The translations under genes and the position numbers were made by a program. From IMG/VR virus record IMGVR_UViG_3300027972_000007, positions 1-64,000 of that record: a stretch of DNA of 64,000 bases. One strand, given 5' to 3'. This DNA is from a virus. This document shows, in pieces, positions 50,511-58,545 of this stretch. Numbering within the stretch: the stretch's first letter is position 1; every line of letters starts with the position of its first letter. The notes beneath the pieces were generated by a model. It did no database searches. It was given only the letters and a program-made list of their open reading frames with translations, and was not told the DNA's origin.

Positions 50511-50587
50511 AATATTCCTTGACTTTTATTGCGTTATAATATATATTATAATAAGAAAGAAAATAAACAATTAAAAGGAGAAAATAT

Positions 50588-50908
50588 ATGAATAAGAAAG
50601 TTGTAGATTATCTGAATGAGGATGTAAAGAAAACAATAAAATTATCCGATGTCAGAAAAAAGTTGGAAGAAGAAAATGTCGGCGATCAGATAACCACAAA
50701 AAACGGTAATATATTAGTAAGAAAAGGATATTTTTATTCGAGCGGGGGTAGCGAAGAAAAATTAGCTTCCAGAATTACTCCAATTTTAGATTCTATGAAT
50801 ATTAAATACACAATAGTTGATAAAGGAAATGTATGGAGATCTTTTAAAGGCGGTGCGCCCATAGCCAAACAGTCCCATTGGTATGTAGAAATAAAAATAA
50901 ATGAATAA
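50588..50908 (+). CDS. CTS-like leader protein (MNKKV subfamily)
   Basis: MNKKVVDYLNE. Confidence 0.65.
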   Translation: MNKKVVDYLNEDVKKTIKLSDVRKKLEEENVGDQITTKNGNILVRKGYFYSSGGSEEKLASRITPILDSMNIKYTIVDKGNVWRSFKGGAPIAKQSHWYVEIKINE

Positions 50909-51037
50909 TTTAAATTCATATGAAATTATTATCTAATATTTGGAAATCTTTTATTCTATTAAACAAAGTTGTAATAGGATTTATTGTAGTTTTCTTTTAC
51001 TTTGATTATTTAATAATTTTTTATAAAGGACAATAAT

Positions 51038-51301
51038 ATGTCATTAGGTAGTAACAGAGTCGGATTGCCGGGAGTATACACCAATAAAGTTAAAGAAACA
51101 TCTCATAAGATTATTATTGGAGATAAAGAATATACATTAAAAATTAAAAATAAATCTCATATGGGTAATCCAGTTGGTTTTAATTATACTATTAATGATA
51201 GTAAAAAGATTTTTTGTAATCGTTTAACAAGAGATGAAGTTATTGAAAGTGCTAAAAAAAGAATAGAAAGTGGTAATATAATAGATTATTTAAAAAAATA
51301 G
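51038..51301 (+). CDS. Hypothetical protein
   Basis: SD present; N-terminal PGVY. Confidence 0.55.
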   Translation: MSLGSNRVGLPGVYTNKVKETSHKIIIGDKEYTLKIKNKSHMGNPVGFNYTINDSKKIFCNRLTRDEVIESAKKRIESGNIIDYLKK

Positions 51302-51327
51302 ATTCTTTTCTTAAGGAGTATGGAGTT

Positions 51328-51582
51328 ATGAATAAGAAAGTTGCAGATTATTTAAATGAGGCAGCGAATAAAAAGAAAACTAAAGGAAAACTATTAACAA
51401 TAAAAACGGCAAAGACAGCAAAGGTTATTAGAAACATACAGCATCCAGAATGGGGAACAAAAAAGTTTAATTACAACGACCAACCACTTCCTAATGGTGA
51501 TGTTTGTAGTTCATTTGGAAGTGGGTCAGATTCGGCAGTTCTTTTCGAAAAAGACTATAAGTTTTGGGAAGTAGTCGCATAA
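51328..51582 (+). CDS. CTS-like leader protein (MNKKV subfamily)
   Basis: MNKKVADYLNE. Confidence 0.65.
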   Translation: MNKKVADYLNEAANKKKTKGKLLTIKTAKTAKVIRNIQHPEWGTKKFNYNDQPLPNGDVCSSFGSGSDSAVLFEKDYKFWEVVA

Positions 51583-51658
51583 AAGAAAAGTCCGATTTTT
51601 ACAAATATAATTTTCTTTTATACAACATATTTAATAATTTTTTATAAAGGACAATAAC

Positions 51659-51976
51659 ATGAATAAGAAAGTTGTAGATTATTTGAATGAAACGGTAAAT
51701 GATATACATAAAAGTAATACTAACGAAGAACAAATTTTAGAATATTTAGAGAAAAATAAAATAAAATTTAAAATTTTAAAGAATCATATTAAATTAGTTA
51801 ATTATGATTACAATAAAAAAGACAACGATTTTGTTGAAAATTTAGGCTATATGATAAAATATGATTCTAATAGTGATTATTTTAAATTATATCCAAGAGT
51901 TCAACAACATTTTAATTATCTACACTGGACTCAATATACAACAAGACGACAGCAAACACCGGAAGGTTCTAAATAA
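51659..51976 (+). CDS. CTS-like leader protein (MNKKV subfamily)
   Basis: MNKKVVDYLNE. Confidence 0.6.
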   Translation: MNKKVVDYLNETVNDIHKSNTNEEQILEYLEKNKIKFKILKNHIKLVNYDYNKKDNDFVENLGYMIKYDSNSDYFKLYPRVQQHFNYLHWTQYTTRRQQTPEGSK

Positions 51977-52038
51977 TTATAAAAATAAAAGAGTTTGGAT
52001 TGATGCTTATACTCAATTAATAAAGGTTTATCCTTCTT

Positions 52039-52644
52039 ATGAATTTGAATTTGGTTTGTTCAGATTTTTCTTGTCCTTGTTATAGTGAATGTTGTTTTCT
52101 TCCAACTTCATTATTCCCTTATTTTAATGAAATTACATTTTTATTTGTTGGCCAAGGCGGCGGTAGCGAAGAAAGAAAACAACGATTACCTTTTGTTGGT
52201 GATGCAGGAAAACGACTCCACGATCTTTTAAACTTGTGTAAAGAAACATATCACCATTTTGGTTTTGCCCTTTCTAATACTATTCGTAATAATCCGGAAA
52301 ATAATAGAGTTCCTACAAAAGAAGAATACGACCATTGTAAAATTCATCTTTATAAAGATATACAAAATTTAAGAGAATTTGGTCTTTCAGTAATAATTCC
52401 TCTTGGAAATAATTCTAAAGAATTATTATTAAATATTAAAGGTACTATGAAAAATTGTCACGGTAATATATATAAGTATAAAGATTACATTATAGTGCCA
52501 ACATATCATCCAGCAGCTATGATTAGACAAAATCCAATCTTTAATGAAAACAAATTAAGTGAATTCGAACAATGTTTTATTGATGATATGGGTAAAGTGT
52601 TTAAGTACTTAAAATTATATCCAAAAACCGATAAAATAGTATAG
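52039..52644 (+). CDS. Uracil-DNA glycosylase family 4-like protein
   Basis: N-terminal Cys cluster; FVGQGGG.EE...PFVG.AG, NR.PT..E...C and TYHPAA motifs. Confidence 0.85.
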   Translation: MNLNLVCSDFSCPCYSECCFLPTSLFPYFNEITFLFVGQGGGSEERKQRLPFVGDAGKRLHDLLNLCKETYHHFGFALSNTIRNNPENNRVPTKEEYDHCKIHLYKDIQNLREFGLSVIIPLGNNSKELLLNIKGTMKNCHGNIYKYKDYIIVPTYHPAAMIRQNPIFNENKLSEFEQCFIDDMGKVFKYLKLYPKTDKIV

Positions 52645-52653
52645 ATTTTATAC

Positions 52654-52715
52654 CTAGAATTGAGGATAATTGGAAAGTAATATCAAAGTATATTAAAAAT
52701 TATCCTTGTTTTTAG
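52654..52715. repeat. 62-bp palindromic element, copy 4 (inverted orientation)
   Basis: Core is the reverse complement of the core in copies 1 and 3. Confidence 0.85.
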
Positions 52716-52761
52716 ACTCAAAATAATATATATTTAATAGATATATTTTCAAAGGAGTTTT

Positions 52762-53019
52762 ATGTCTAATTTAAAAAAGTTGAATAAACCTGTATTGGCT
52801 GAAGGCGAAGTTACAGGCCACGCACACGTTATTGATGCAGATGTTGATGTTTATTTAGATGAAAGTAGCGGTTCACGCGAATTTCATCTCGACGAACCAG
52901 CCACAATAGTTCATGAAGAACACAACCCCATCACTATTGAAGAAATGGATGACTTCGAGGTTGGAAAAGTGCAAGAATATGACCACTTTCTCGAAGAATC
53001 GCGTAACGTTCAAGATTAA
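52762..53019 (+). CDS. Conserved phage protein (LAEGE.TGH.H / HEEH family)
   Basis: Characteristic His motifs and a terminal R.V.D. Confidence 0.65.
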   Translation: MSNLKKLNKPVLAEGEVTGHAHVIDADVDVYLDESSGSREFHLDEPATIVHEEHNPITIEEMDDFEVGKVQEYDHFLEESRNVQD

Positions 53020-53031
53020 TTTTTTGGTATT

Positions 53032-53811
53032 ATGATTAAAATACTTTCAGGCTGGAGCAATCCCGGAGGGAGTACAACAAGTTGGATTAACCTAACTAAT
53101 GAATTAAATAGAGTAGGTTATCCGACTTGTTTATATGGCCCTCATAATTATCATATTGATAAGTGTAAAAGTAATTTTTTAGCATGTTTAAAAATTAACA
53201 ATGAAGATAGAATAATAATTCATTTTTTAAAACCACAAACCATAATTTGTAAAAAATATATATTTAGTTCGCACGAACAAAATATATTTCCAATATCGAA
53301 TATAAATTATAAAATATGTGATAAAATTCATTATGTCAGTCAATGGCAAAAGGAATACCATAATATTGATCATCCATATTTTATAATTCCTAATATTGTT
53401 GAAAATTTAAAAATATCAAATAAACCAGATAAAATATTTGGTATTATTGGTAGTATTGATAGAAATAAAAATGTTCATAAAAGTATTGAAAGAGCTATTA
53501 ATGATGGGGCTAAAAAAATACTTATTTATGGTATGGTTACTGATCAAAAATATTTTATGGAAGAAATTCAACCTATTATTAAAAAATATGGTAATATTGA
53601 AATGAAAGGTTTTTGTAATGATAAGCAAAAAATGTATGATTCGATAAGTAGAGTATATCAAGATAGTGAAATGGAAAGTTGGGGATATATTCGAGCGGAA
53701 TGTATTAAAACTGGAACTGAATTTTATGGCAATAAAACAACGGAAAAAATAGATATTTGGAATACAGATAAAATAATTGAGGGATGGTTAAAAGAAATGG
53801 AGATTTTATGA
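53032..53811 (+). CDS. GT-B glycosyltransferase (GT4-like)
   Basis: GG, VS.WQ, IPN, IGSIDRNK and S..ESWG...AE motifs. Confidence 0.78.
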   Translation: MIKILSGWSNPGGSTTSWINLTNELNRVGYPTCLYGPHNYHIDKCKSNFLACLKINNEDRIIIHFLKPQTIICKKYIFSSHEQNIFPISNINYKICDKIHYVSQWQKEYHNIDHPYFIIPNIVENLKISNKPDKIFGIIGSIDRNKNVHKSIERAINDGAKKILIYGMVTDQKYFMEEIQPIIKKYGNIEMKGFCNDKQKMYDSISRVYQDSEMESWGYIRAECIKTGTEFYGNKTTEKIDIWNTDKIIEGWLKEMEIL

Positions 53812-54197
53812 ATAATAAATCATACAAATTAGGTTTTAAAAGAACAGGCCCAGCATTAGAAGATATAAAAAAAGAATTAGAAACAAAATCAAATAATACC
53901 GACGATTTTATTACGCCAGATTTGAAAGGCGTAAATCCAGATCTTTCCGAAATAAATATTAAAAATGTAGAATTTACTGACGATTCGGATGCAGTCAATT
54001 ATCCATCGCATTATAATAAAGGCGGTATCGAAGTAATAGATTTTATAATGGCATGGTTTACTGATGATTATTGTTTGGGAAATGTTTGCAAATATATTGC
54101 AAGAAGCAAACACAAAGGTAAAGAATTAGAAGATTTAAAGAAAGCACAATGGTATTTGAACAAAAAAATTAATTTTTTAACTAATGCAAACAAATAA
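53808..54197 (+). CDS. DUF3310-family protein
   Basis: VN.PSHY..GGIE.ID...GN..KY..R...KG..EDLKKA.WYL. Confidence 0.85.
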   Translation: MNNKSYKLGFKRTGPALEDIKKELETKSNNTDDFITPDLKGVNPDLSEINIKNVEFTDDSDAVNYPSHYNKGGIEVIDFIMAWFTDDYCLGNVCKYIARSKHKGKELEDLKKAQWYLNKKINFLTNANK

Positions 54198-54417
54198 TAT
54201 ATTACCAATAGAAGAAATAGATCCGGAATTTGCTACTTTAATTAAACAGGTAGCGAATAAAGAGTTACCTGCAATTGTTTTTAATGATAAAGTATTTAAA
54301 ACAATTAATGGCAAAATAGTTGGTGAAATTGTTGATAATATATTAAAAATAGGTAGAAATGAATTATGCCCTTGTAATAGTGGAAGGAAATATAAAAAAT
54401 GTTGTGGTGGAAAATAA
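54184..54417 (+). CDS. SEC-C motif protein
   Basis: [20 protein letters not shown]. Confidence 0.85.
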   Translation: MQTNNILPIEEIDPEFATLIKQVANKELPAIVFNDKVFKTINGKIVGEIVDNILKIGRNELCPCNSGRKYKKCCGGK

Positions 54418-54638
54418 AGAATATAATTAATAAAATCAGATGGCAAATAAAGATTTTGTGGTGGTTTGCAATTGATTTCATTAATGGAAGATGATTAGCA
54501 TCTGTTTTAACATGGTGGAATTTAAAACACTATTTTTATATTCTCATATAGCAGGATTTAGTATAGCAACAATATTATTTATTATATTTATTGTATTGTG
54601 GTATTTAATAACAATTTTAATAAAGAGAATTAATCATA

Positions 54639-54920
54639 ATGAATGGAATAATTAGTAAGTATAATTTAGCATTCAAAATAGAAAACAACATAGAAGTAAC
54701 TTATATAGAAGTACCTAAAGGTTCAATAATTCTAAAAGCCGATAACGAGAATAACCAATTGTATTTTTATATATTAACAACCGATTCTAAAAAAATGGAA
54801 ACATTAAAAATAGTAGCATACCGCAATAATATAAAATATGATTTTGCTGGTAGTTATATAGATTCAATAACAATTACATATAAATTTGAAGATTTAATAT
54901 ATCATTTTTTCGTGGAATAA
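54639..54920 (+). CDS. Hypothetical protein
   Basis: ORF in operon context. Confidence 0.55.
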   Translation: MNGIISKYNLAFKIENNIEVTYIEVPKGSIILKADNENNQLYFYILTTDSKKMETLKIVAYRNNIKYDFAGSYIDSITITYKFEDLIYHFFVE

Positions 54921-54922
54921 AA

Positions 54923-55438
54923 ATGGCTAATATATTTTTTACATCTGATACACATTTTGGTCATTTAAATAAAAGAGGAACAGGAATTATTGATTATTGT
55001 AAAAGGCCATTTAAAGATATAATAGAAATGGATAACGCATTAATTGAAAATTGGAATAGAAAAGTATCGATGTATGATATAGTATATCATTTAGGAGATT
55101 TTTCTTTTTATAATTTTTCAATAGCTAAATTAAATGGTTATATTCAATTCATAAAAGGTAATCATGATGCTAAAAAATGGCCTGATTTCGCAGTAGTAAA
55201 ATTTAAAGGAAAGAAAATATTATTACGGCATAAACCTTTTGAAAAATATGAAGATATTTCATATCCTCAATGTGATATTATATTTTGTGGGCATGTACAT
55301 GAAAAATGGCTGTTTAAAATATGTAAAAGTTTAAATAATGAAAGTAAATTAATGATAAATGTTGGAGTAGATATGTGGAATTTTGAACCAGTTACATTCG
55401 ATGAAATAATGAAAAATGTAAGAATAAGGAGTATGTGA
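54923..55438 (+). CDS. Calcineurin-like metallophosphoesterase
   Basis: SDTHFGH, LGD, GNHD, GHVH and NVGVD motifs. Confidence 0.9.
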   Translation: MANIFFTSDTHFGHLNKRGTGIIDYCKRPFKDIIEMDNALIENWNRKVSMYDIVYHLGDFSFYNFSIAKLNGYIQFIKGNHDAKKWPDFAVVKFKGKKILLRHKPFEKYEDISYPQCDIIFCGHVHEKWLFKICKSLNNESKLMINVGVDMWNFEPVTFDEIMKNVRIRSM

Positions 55439-55439
55439 T

Positions 55440-55973
55440 ATGAATAATGAACATGTAGAAATTCTTAAATCTGGTGTTGCAGAATGGAATGAGTGGAGAA
55501 AAGAAAATCATAGTGTAATTCCTGATCTGCAAGGTGCTAATCTGCGGGGTGCTAATCTGCAGGGTGCTGATCTGTGGAATGCTAATCTGCAGGATGCTGA
55601 TCTGCAGGGTGCTGATCTGTGGAATGCTAATCTGCAGGATGCTGATCTGCGGGGTGCTAATCTGCGGGGTGCATATCTTTCCCGTGCAGATCTTCTGAGA
55701 AGTCAGTATCAAATATCAAATTTATTACATGGAATATGTTGGGGCGAATTAACTAAAGAATTAACTCTCGAACTAATGCGTAGAGACGCAATAATTTGTG
55801 GAGTTGAAAAAATGAATAAATGGGCAAAAGGGCACAATTGTCCATTTAAAACAGGTTTTGAAAGGGATTTTTTCTTTAATCAAAATCAAAAAATTTGGAA
55901 ACCAGGTAAACCAAAACTTAATGATTTACAACTATTTAAAGCTTTATGTAATGTAAAGAAAATAAAGATTTGA
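55440..55973 (+). CDS. Pentapeptide-repeat protein
   Basis: WNEWRKEN..IPDL followed by A[N/D]L repeats. Confidence 0.85.
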   Translation: MNNEHVEILKSGVAEWNEWRKENHSVIPDLQGANLRGANLQGADLWNANLQDADLQGADLWNANLQDADLRGANLRGAYLSRADLLRSQYQISNLLHGICWGELTKELTLELMRRDAIICGVEKMNKWAKGHNCPFKTGFERDFFFNQNQKIWKPGKPKLNDLQLFKALCNVKKIKI

Positions 55974-56676
55974 AATGAATTACTTCTATACCCTATATAT
56001 ATAATTAAAACAAAGGAGTTGAAAGTGAAAGGTCTTTTCATAAAATTAATATTCATTTTTGTATTTGCTTTATCGTATGCTTCATTAACAGATTATATTA
56101 TATCCCATAAATTAATAACAGAAGCAAGAAGTCTAATAACGTTAGGATTTTTTATGGGAATAACATGGGCAATTATTTACGATATTATTTTTACCATCAC
56201 AAAACACAATCATTATAAATAATTAAAATAAATCTTGTTTTTATTAGAAAAATTTATTGAACATTGACAACCCCAAATTACCAGAATGATTAATGAAGCA
56301 GCAAAAGAATTCGTAGATAATAAATTTTGGGAAATTACTGAATTATTAAATTCTTTAAAAGAACAAGTTCAAAATAAAATAGAAGATAAATAAAAAGGAA
56401 TATGTGGTATGCCAATTAACACTAAAATAATAGAAATTTCAAAAAAGATTCTAAATTCTAATGGTAATATGCACGATAGAGTCGAAAAAGTAATTGAACC
56501 ATATAATTTAAGTGACGACGAATTATCTCAATTAGGATTTGAGTTAATAACTGATGTTATTTCAATTTTTTGCCAATTAAAAATTATGCGCGGAATAAAG
56601 ACTAGAAAATCACAGGGTTATAAATAATTAAAATAAATCTTGTTTTTATTAGAAAAATATATTATATTTAATGTTG

Positions 56677-56951
56677 ATATTATAAATAATTAAAAAGGAT
56701 GGAAATATGAAGTCAGTATTAGAGTATTTAAATGAGAGTACAAAATATGTATCAGTAGATACAAACGCATTCGAAAATGAATATGGAAAGAAACCAAAAG
56801 GAATAGCCGGATGGGCATTTAAAATTAATGGGAAAGAATTTTCTTTTAGTGGTAGTTATTCAGAAGCAGTAAAAAAAGCTAAAGAAAGAGCATCTAATAT
56901 GGGTGTATATTCAATAACACTTATGATTTAATACAGTAATGATAAATAATT
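56677..56951 (+). repeat. Exact 275-bp duplicate of 22845..23119, containing the 74-aa CTS gene (56707..56931)
   Basis: Base-by-base identity read by eye. Confidence 0.92.
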
Positions 56952-56967
56952 AAAAAGAGAAGATATT

Positions 56968-57093
56968 ATGATAAAAAGTACAAGACGAATTACAATTACC
57001 TCGAAACCATGTTTAACCATATCATGGCTCGAAGGTGTATTGTTTTATCATAATGATAAAGCAAATCAACCCAGAATGCTTTATATGAAATAA
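56968..57093 (+). CDS. Putative attenuator leader peptide (41 aa) containing all 20 amino acids
   Basis: MIKSTRRITITSKPCLTISWLEGVLFYHNDKANQPRMLYMK*; its 3' end pairs with the terminator 5' arm. Confidence 0.75.
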   Translation: MIKSTRRITITSKPCLTISWLEGVLFYHNDKANQPRMLYMK

Positions 57094-57117
57094 GTAAAAA
57101 ACTTATAAAATTTCATA

Positions 57118-57155
57118 TAAAGCCTTTAAAGAAGAGATTTTTTAAAGGCTTTTTT
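57118..57155 (+). terminator. Intrinsic terminator (attenuator) before the tRNA array
   Basis: AAAGCCTTTAAAGAA-GAGA-TTTTTTAAAGGCTTTTTT. Confidence 0.85.
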
Positions 57156-57158
57156 ATT

Positions 57159-57171
57159 AGTTCTTTGACAT
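57159..57171 (+). promoter_or_regulatory. boxA-like antitermination site; second copy at 58531-58543
   Basis: AGTTCTTTGACAT and AGTTCTTTGAAAA resemble rrn leader boxA. Confidence 0.6.
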
Positions 57172-57199
57172 TTATACAATTTCGCCAAGTACATTTTTT

Positions 57200-57276
57200 C
57201 GGGGCGTATTGTAATCTGGTAACACTCCTGACTTGGGATCAGGAAAGTGAGGGTTCAAATCCCTCTGTCCCGACCA
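57200..57276 (+). tRNA. tRNA-Pro(TGG)
   Basis: Cloverleaf; loop CTTGGGA; CCA. Confidence 0.9.
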
Positions 57277-57279
57277 TAT

Positions 57280-57363
57280 TGACGAGTAGTCTAATGGCAA
57301 GACAGCAGGCTGTTAACCTGCCGCAGAATAATCTGTTTGGAGGTTCGAATCCTCTCTCGTCAG
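57280..57363 (+). tRNA. tRNA-Asn(GTT) with a long variable arm
   Basis: GCAGG-CTGTTAA-CCTGC. Confidence 0.85.
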
Positions 57364-57374
57364 CTAAATTATAT

Positions 57375-57446
57375 TGCAGAGTACAGTATTGGTAACTGAG
57401 GAGCCTCATAAGCTTCTTTATATGGGTTCAAATCCCATCTCTGCTA
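57375..57446 (+). tRNA. tRNA-Met(CAT), possibly initiator (1:72 mismatch)
   Basis: Loop CTCATAA. Confidence 0.8.
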
Positions 57447-57452
57447 AATTTC

Positions 57453-57527
57453 GACTGAGTGGTGAAGTCCGGTTAACACGGTAGTCTGCAAAACTATTAT
57501 TCACAGGTTCAAATCCTGTCTCGGTCT
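57453..57527 (+). tRNA. tRNA-Cys(GCA)
   Basis: Loop CTGCAAA; U73. Confidence 0.88.
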
Positions 57528-57531
57528 TTTC

Positions 57532-57617
57532 GGAGGATTAGGATAATTGGTAATCCAACAGTCTTGAAAACTGTCGTCAGAAATGATTTGAGGGTTCGAG
57601 TCCCTTGTCCTCCGCCA
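57532..57617 (+). tRNA. tRNA-Ser(TGA)
   Basis: Loop CTTGAAA; long variable arm; CCA. Confidence 0.9.
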
Positions 57618-57625
57618 AATTATAT

Positions 57626-57701
57626 GTTGGAGGTAGTTCAAAGGTAGAACATTGGATTGTGGTTCCAATAGTTGCGGGTTCAAATCCCGTCTTCCAACCC
57701 A
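57626..57701 (+). tRNA. tRNA-His(GTG)
   Basis: Loop TTGTGGT; G-1:C73. Confidence 0.9.
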
Positions 57702-57707
57702 AAATAT

Positions 57708-57783
57708 AGCGCTGTCGCCAAGTGGTTAAGGCGCCACTCTGATAAGGTGGTATACAACGGTTCAACTCCGTTCAGCGCTACCA
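57708..57783 (+). tRNA. tRNA-Ile(GAT)
   Basis: Loop CTGATAA; CCA. Confidence 0.9.
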
Positions 57784-57789
57784 AATTTT

Positions 57790-57865
57790 GCTGGTGTAAC
57801 TCAATTGGTAGAGTAGTAGTTTTGTAAACTACAAGTTAAGTGTTCGAATCACTTCATCAGCTCCA
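57790..57865 (+). tRNA. tRNA-Thr(TGT)
   Basis: Loop TTTGTAA; CCA. Confidence 0.9.
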
Positions 57866-57873
57866 AATTACAT

Positions 57874-57948
57874 GGGTCATAACAGTCGGACGGGCGAGTT
57901 TCCTTTGCAAGGAAATTTTGATGGGTGGAACTCCCATATGATCCACCA
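57874..57948 (+). tRNA. tRNA-Ala(TGC) with non-canonical D arm and T loop
   Basis: Loop TTTGCAA; G3:U70; CCA. Confidence 0.75.
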
Positions 57949-57954
57949 AATTAA

Positions 57955-58030
57955 GCGGATATCGTTTAGTTGATAAGACCTCTGCCTTCCAAGCAGGTGA
58001 CTGCCGGTTTGAATCCGGCTATCCGCACCA
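57955..58030 (+). tRNA. tRNA-Gly(TCC)
   Basis: Loop CTTCCAA; CCA. Confidence 0.88.
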
Positions 58031-58074
58031 ATATATACAGGTTCAACTCCTGTTAATCATATTAATTTTAATAT

Positions 58075-58174
58075 ACGTCTGTAGCTCAACGAATAGAGCG
58101 CTTGGTCACGAACCAAGGACTTCTCAGCCACGAACTGAGGACTTGTGAGGGTTTGAATCCTTCCAGACGTACCA
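58075..58174 (+). tRNA. tRNA-Arg(ACG) with a duplicated anticodon arm
   Basis: Two tandem 5-bp stems, each with a YCACGAA loop; CCA. Confidence 0.8.
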
Positions 58175-58175
58175 C

Positions 58176-58252
58176 GCGACGGTCGATTAGTTGGTTAAGT
58201 CTCTGGATTGTCAATCCAGTGATCGTGGGTTCAAATCCCATTCGTCGCGCCA
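58176..58252 (+). tRNA. tRNA-Asp(GTC)
   Basis: Loop TTGTCAA; GCCA. Confidence 0.9.
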
Positions 58253-58258
58253 AATCAT

Positions 58259-58343
58259 GGAGACGTATGTTAATGGTAAACAACAGGTTTGCTAAACCTG
58301 CGTCTGAAAAGATTTCAGGGTTCAAATCCCTGCGTCCCCGCCA
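58259..58343 (+). tRNA. tRNA-Ser(GCT)
   Basis: Loop TTGCTAA; long variable arm. Confidence 0.88.
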
Positions 58344-58350
58344 AGTTTAT

Positions 58351-58423
58351 GCAGCAATATATCAATTGGTAGATAGCCACTTTGCCAAGGTGGAGGTTGC
58401 CGGTTCAAGCCCGGTTTGCTGCT
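58351..58423 (+). tRNA. tRNA-Gly(GCC)
   Basis: Loop TTGCCAA. Confidence 0.88.
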
Positions 58424-58438
58424 TTTATAAAAATTATC

Positions 58439-58528
58439 GGGCAGGAGGTCAGATATCGGTTGGCTGCACCAGACTGTAAATCTGGATTCTGTAATAGAAC
58501 GTGGAAGGTTCAACTCCTTCTCTGCCCA
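58439..58528 (+). tRNA. tRNA-Tyr(GTA)
   Basis: Loop CTGTAAA; long variable arm. Confidence 0.88.
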
Positions 58529-58545
58529 TAAGTTCTTTGAAAATT

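Noticed and set aside
57165-57195. TTGACA as a promoter for the tRNA array downstream of the terminator
   Set aside because: There is no good -10 at 16-18 bp spacing, and the hexamer is part of the boxA-like motif. Not fully excluded without TSS data.
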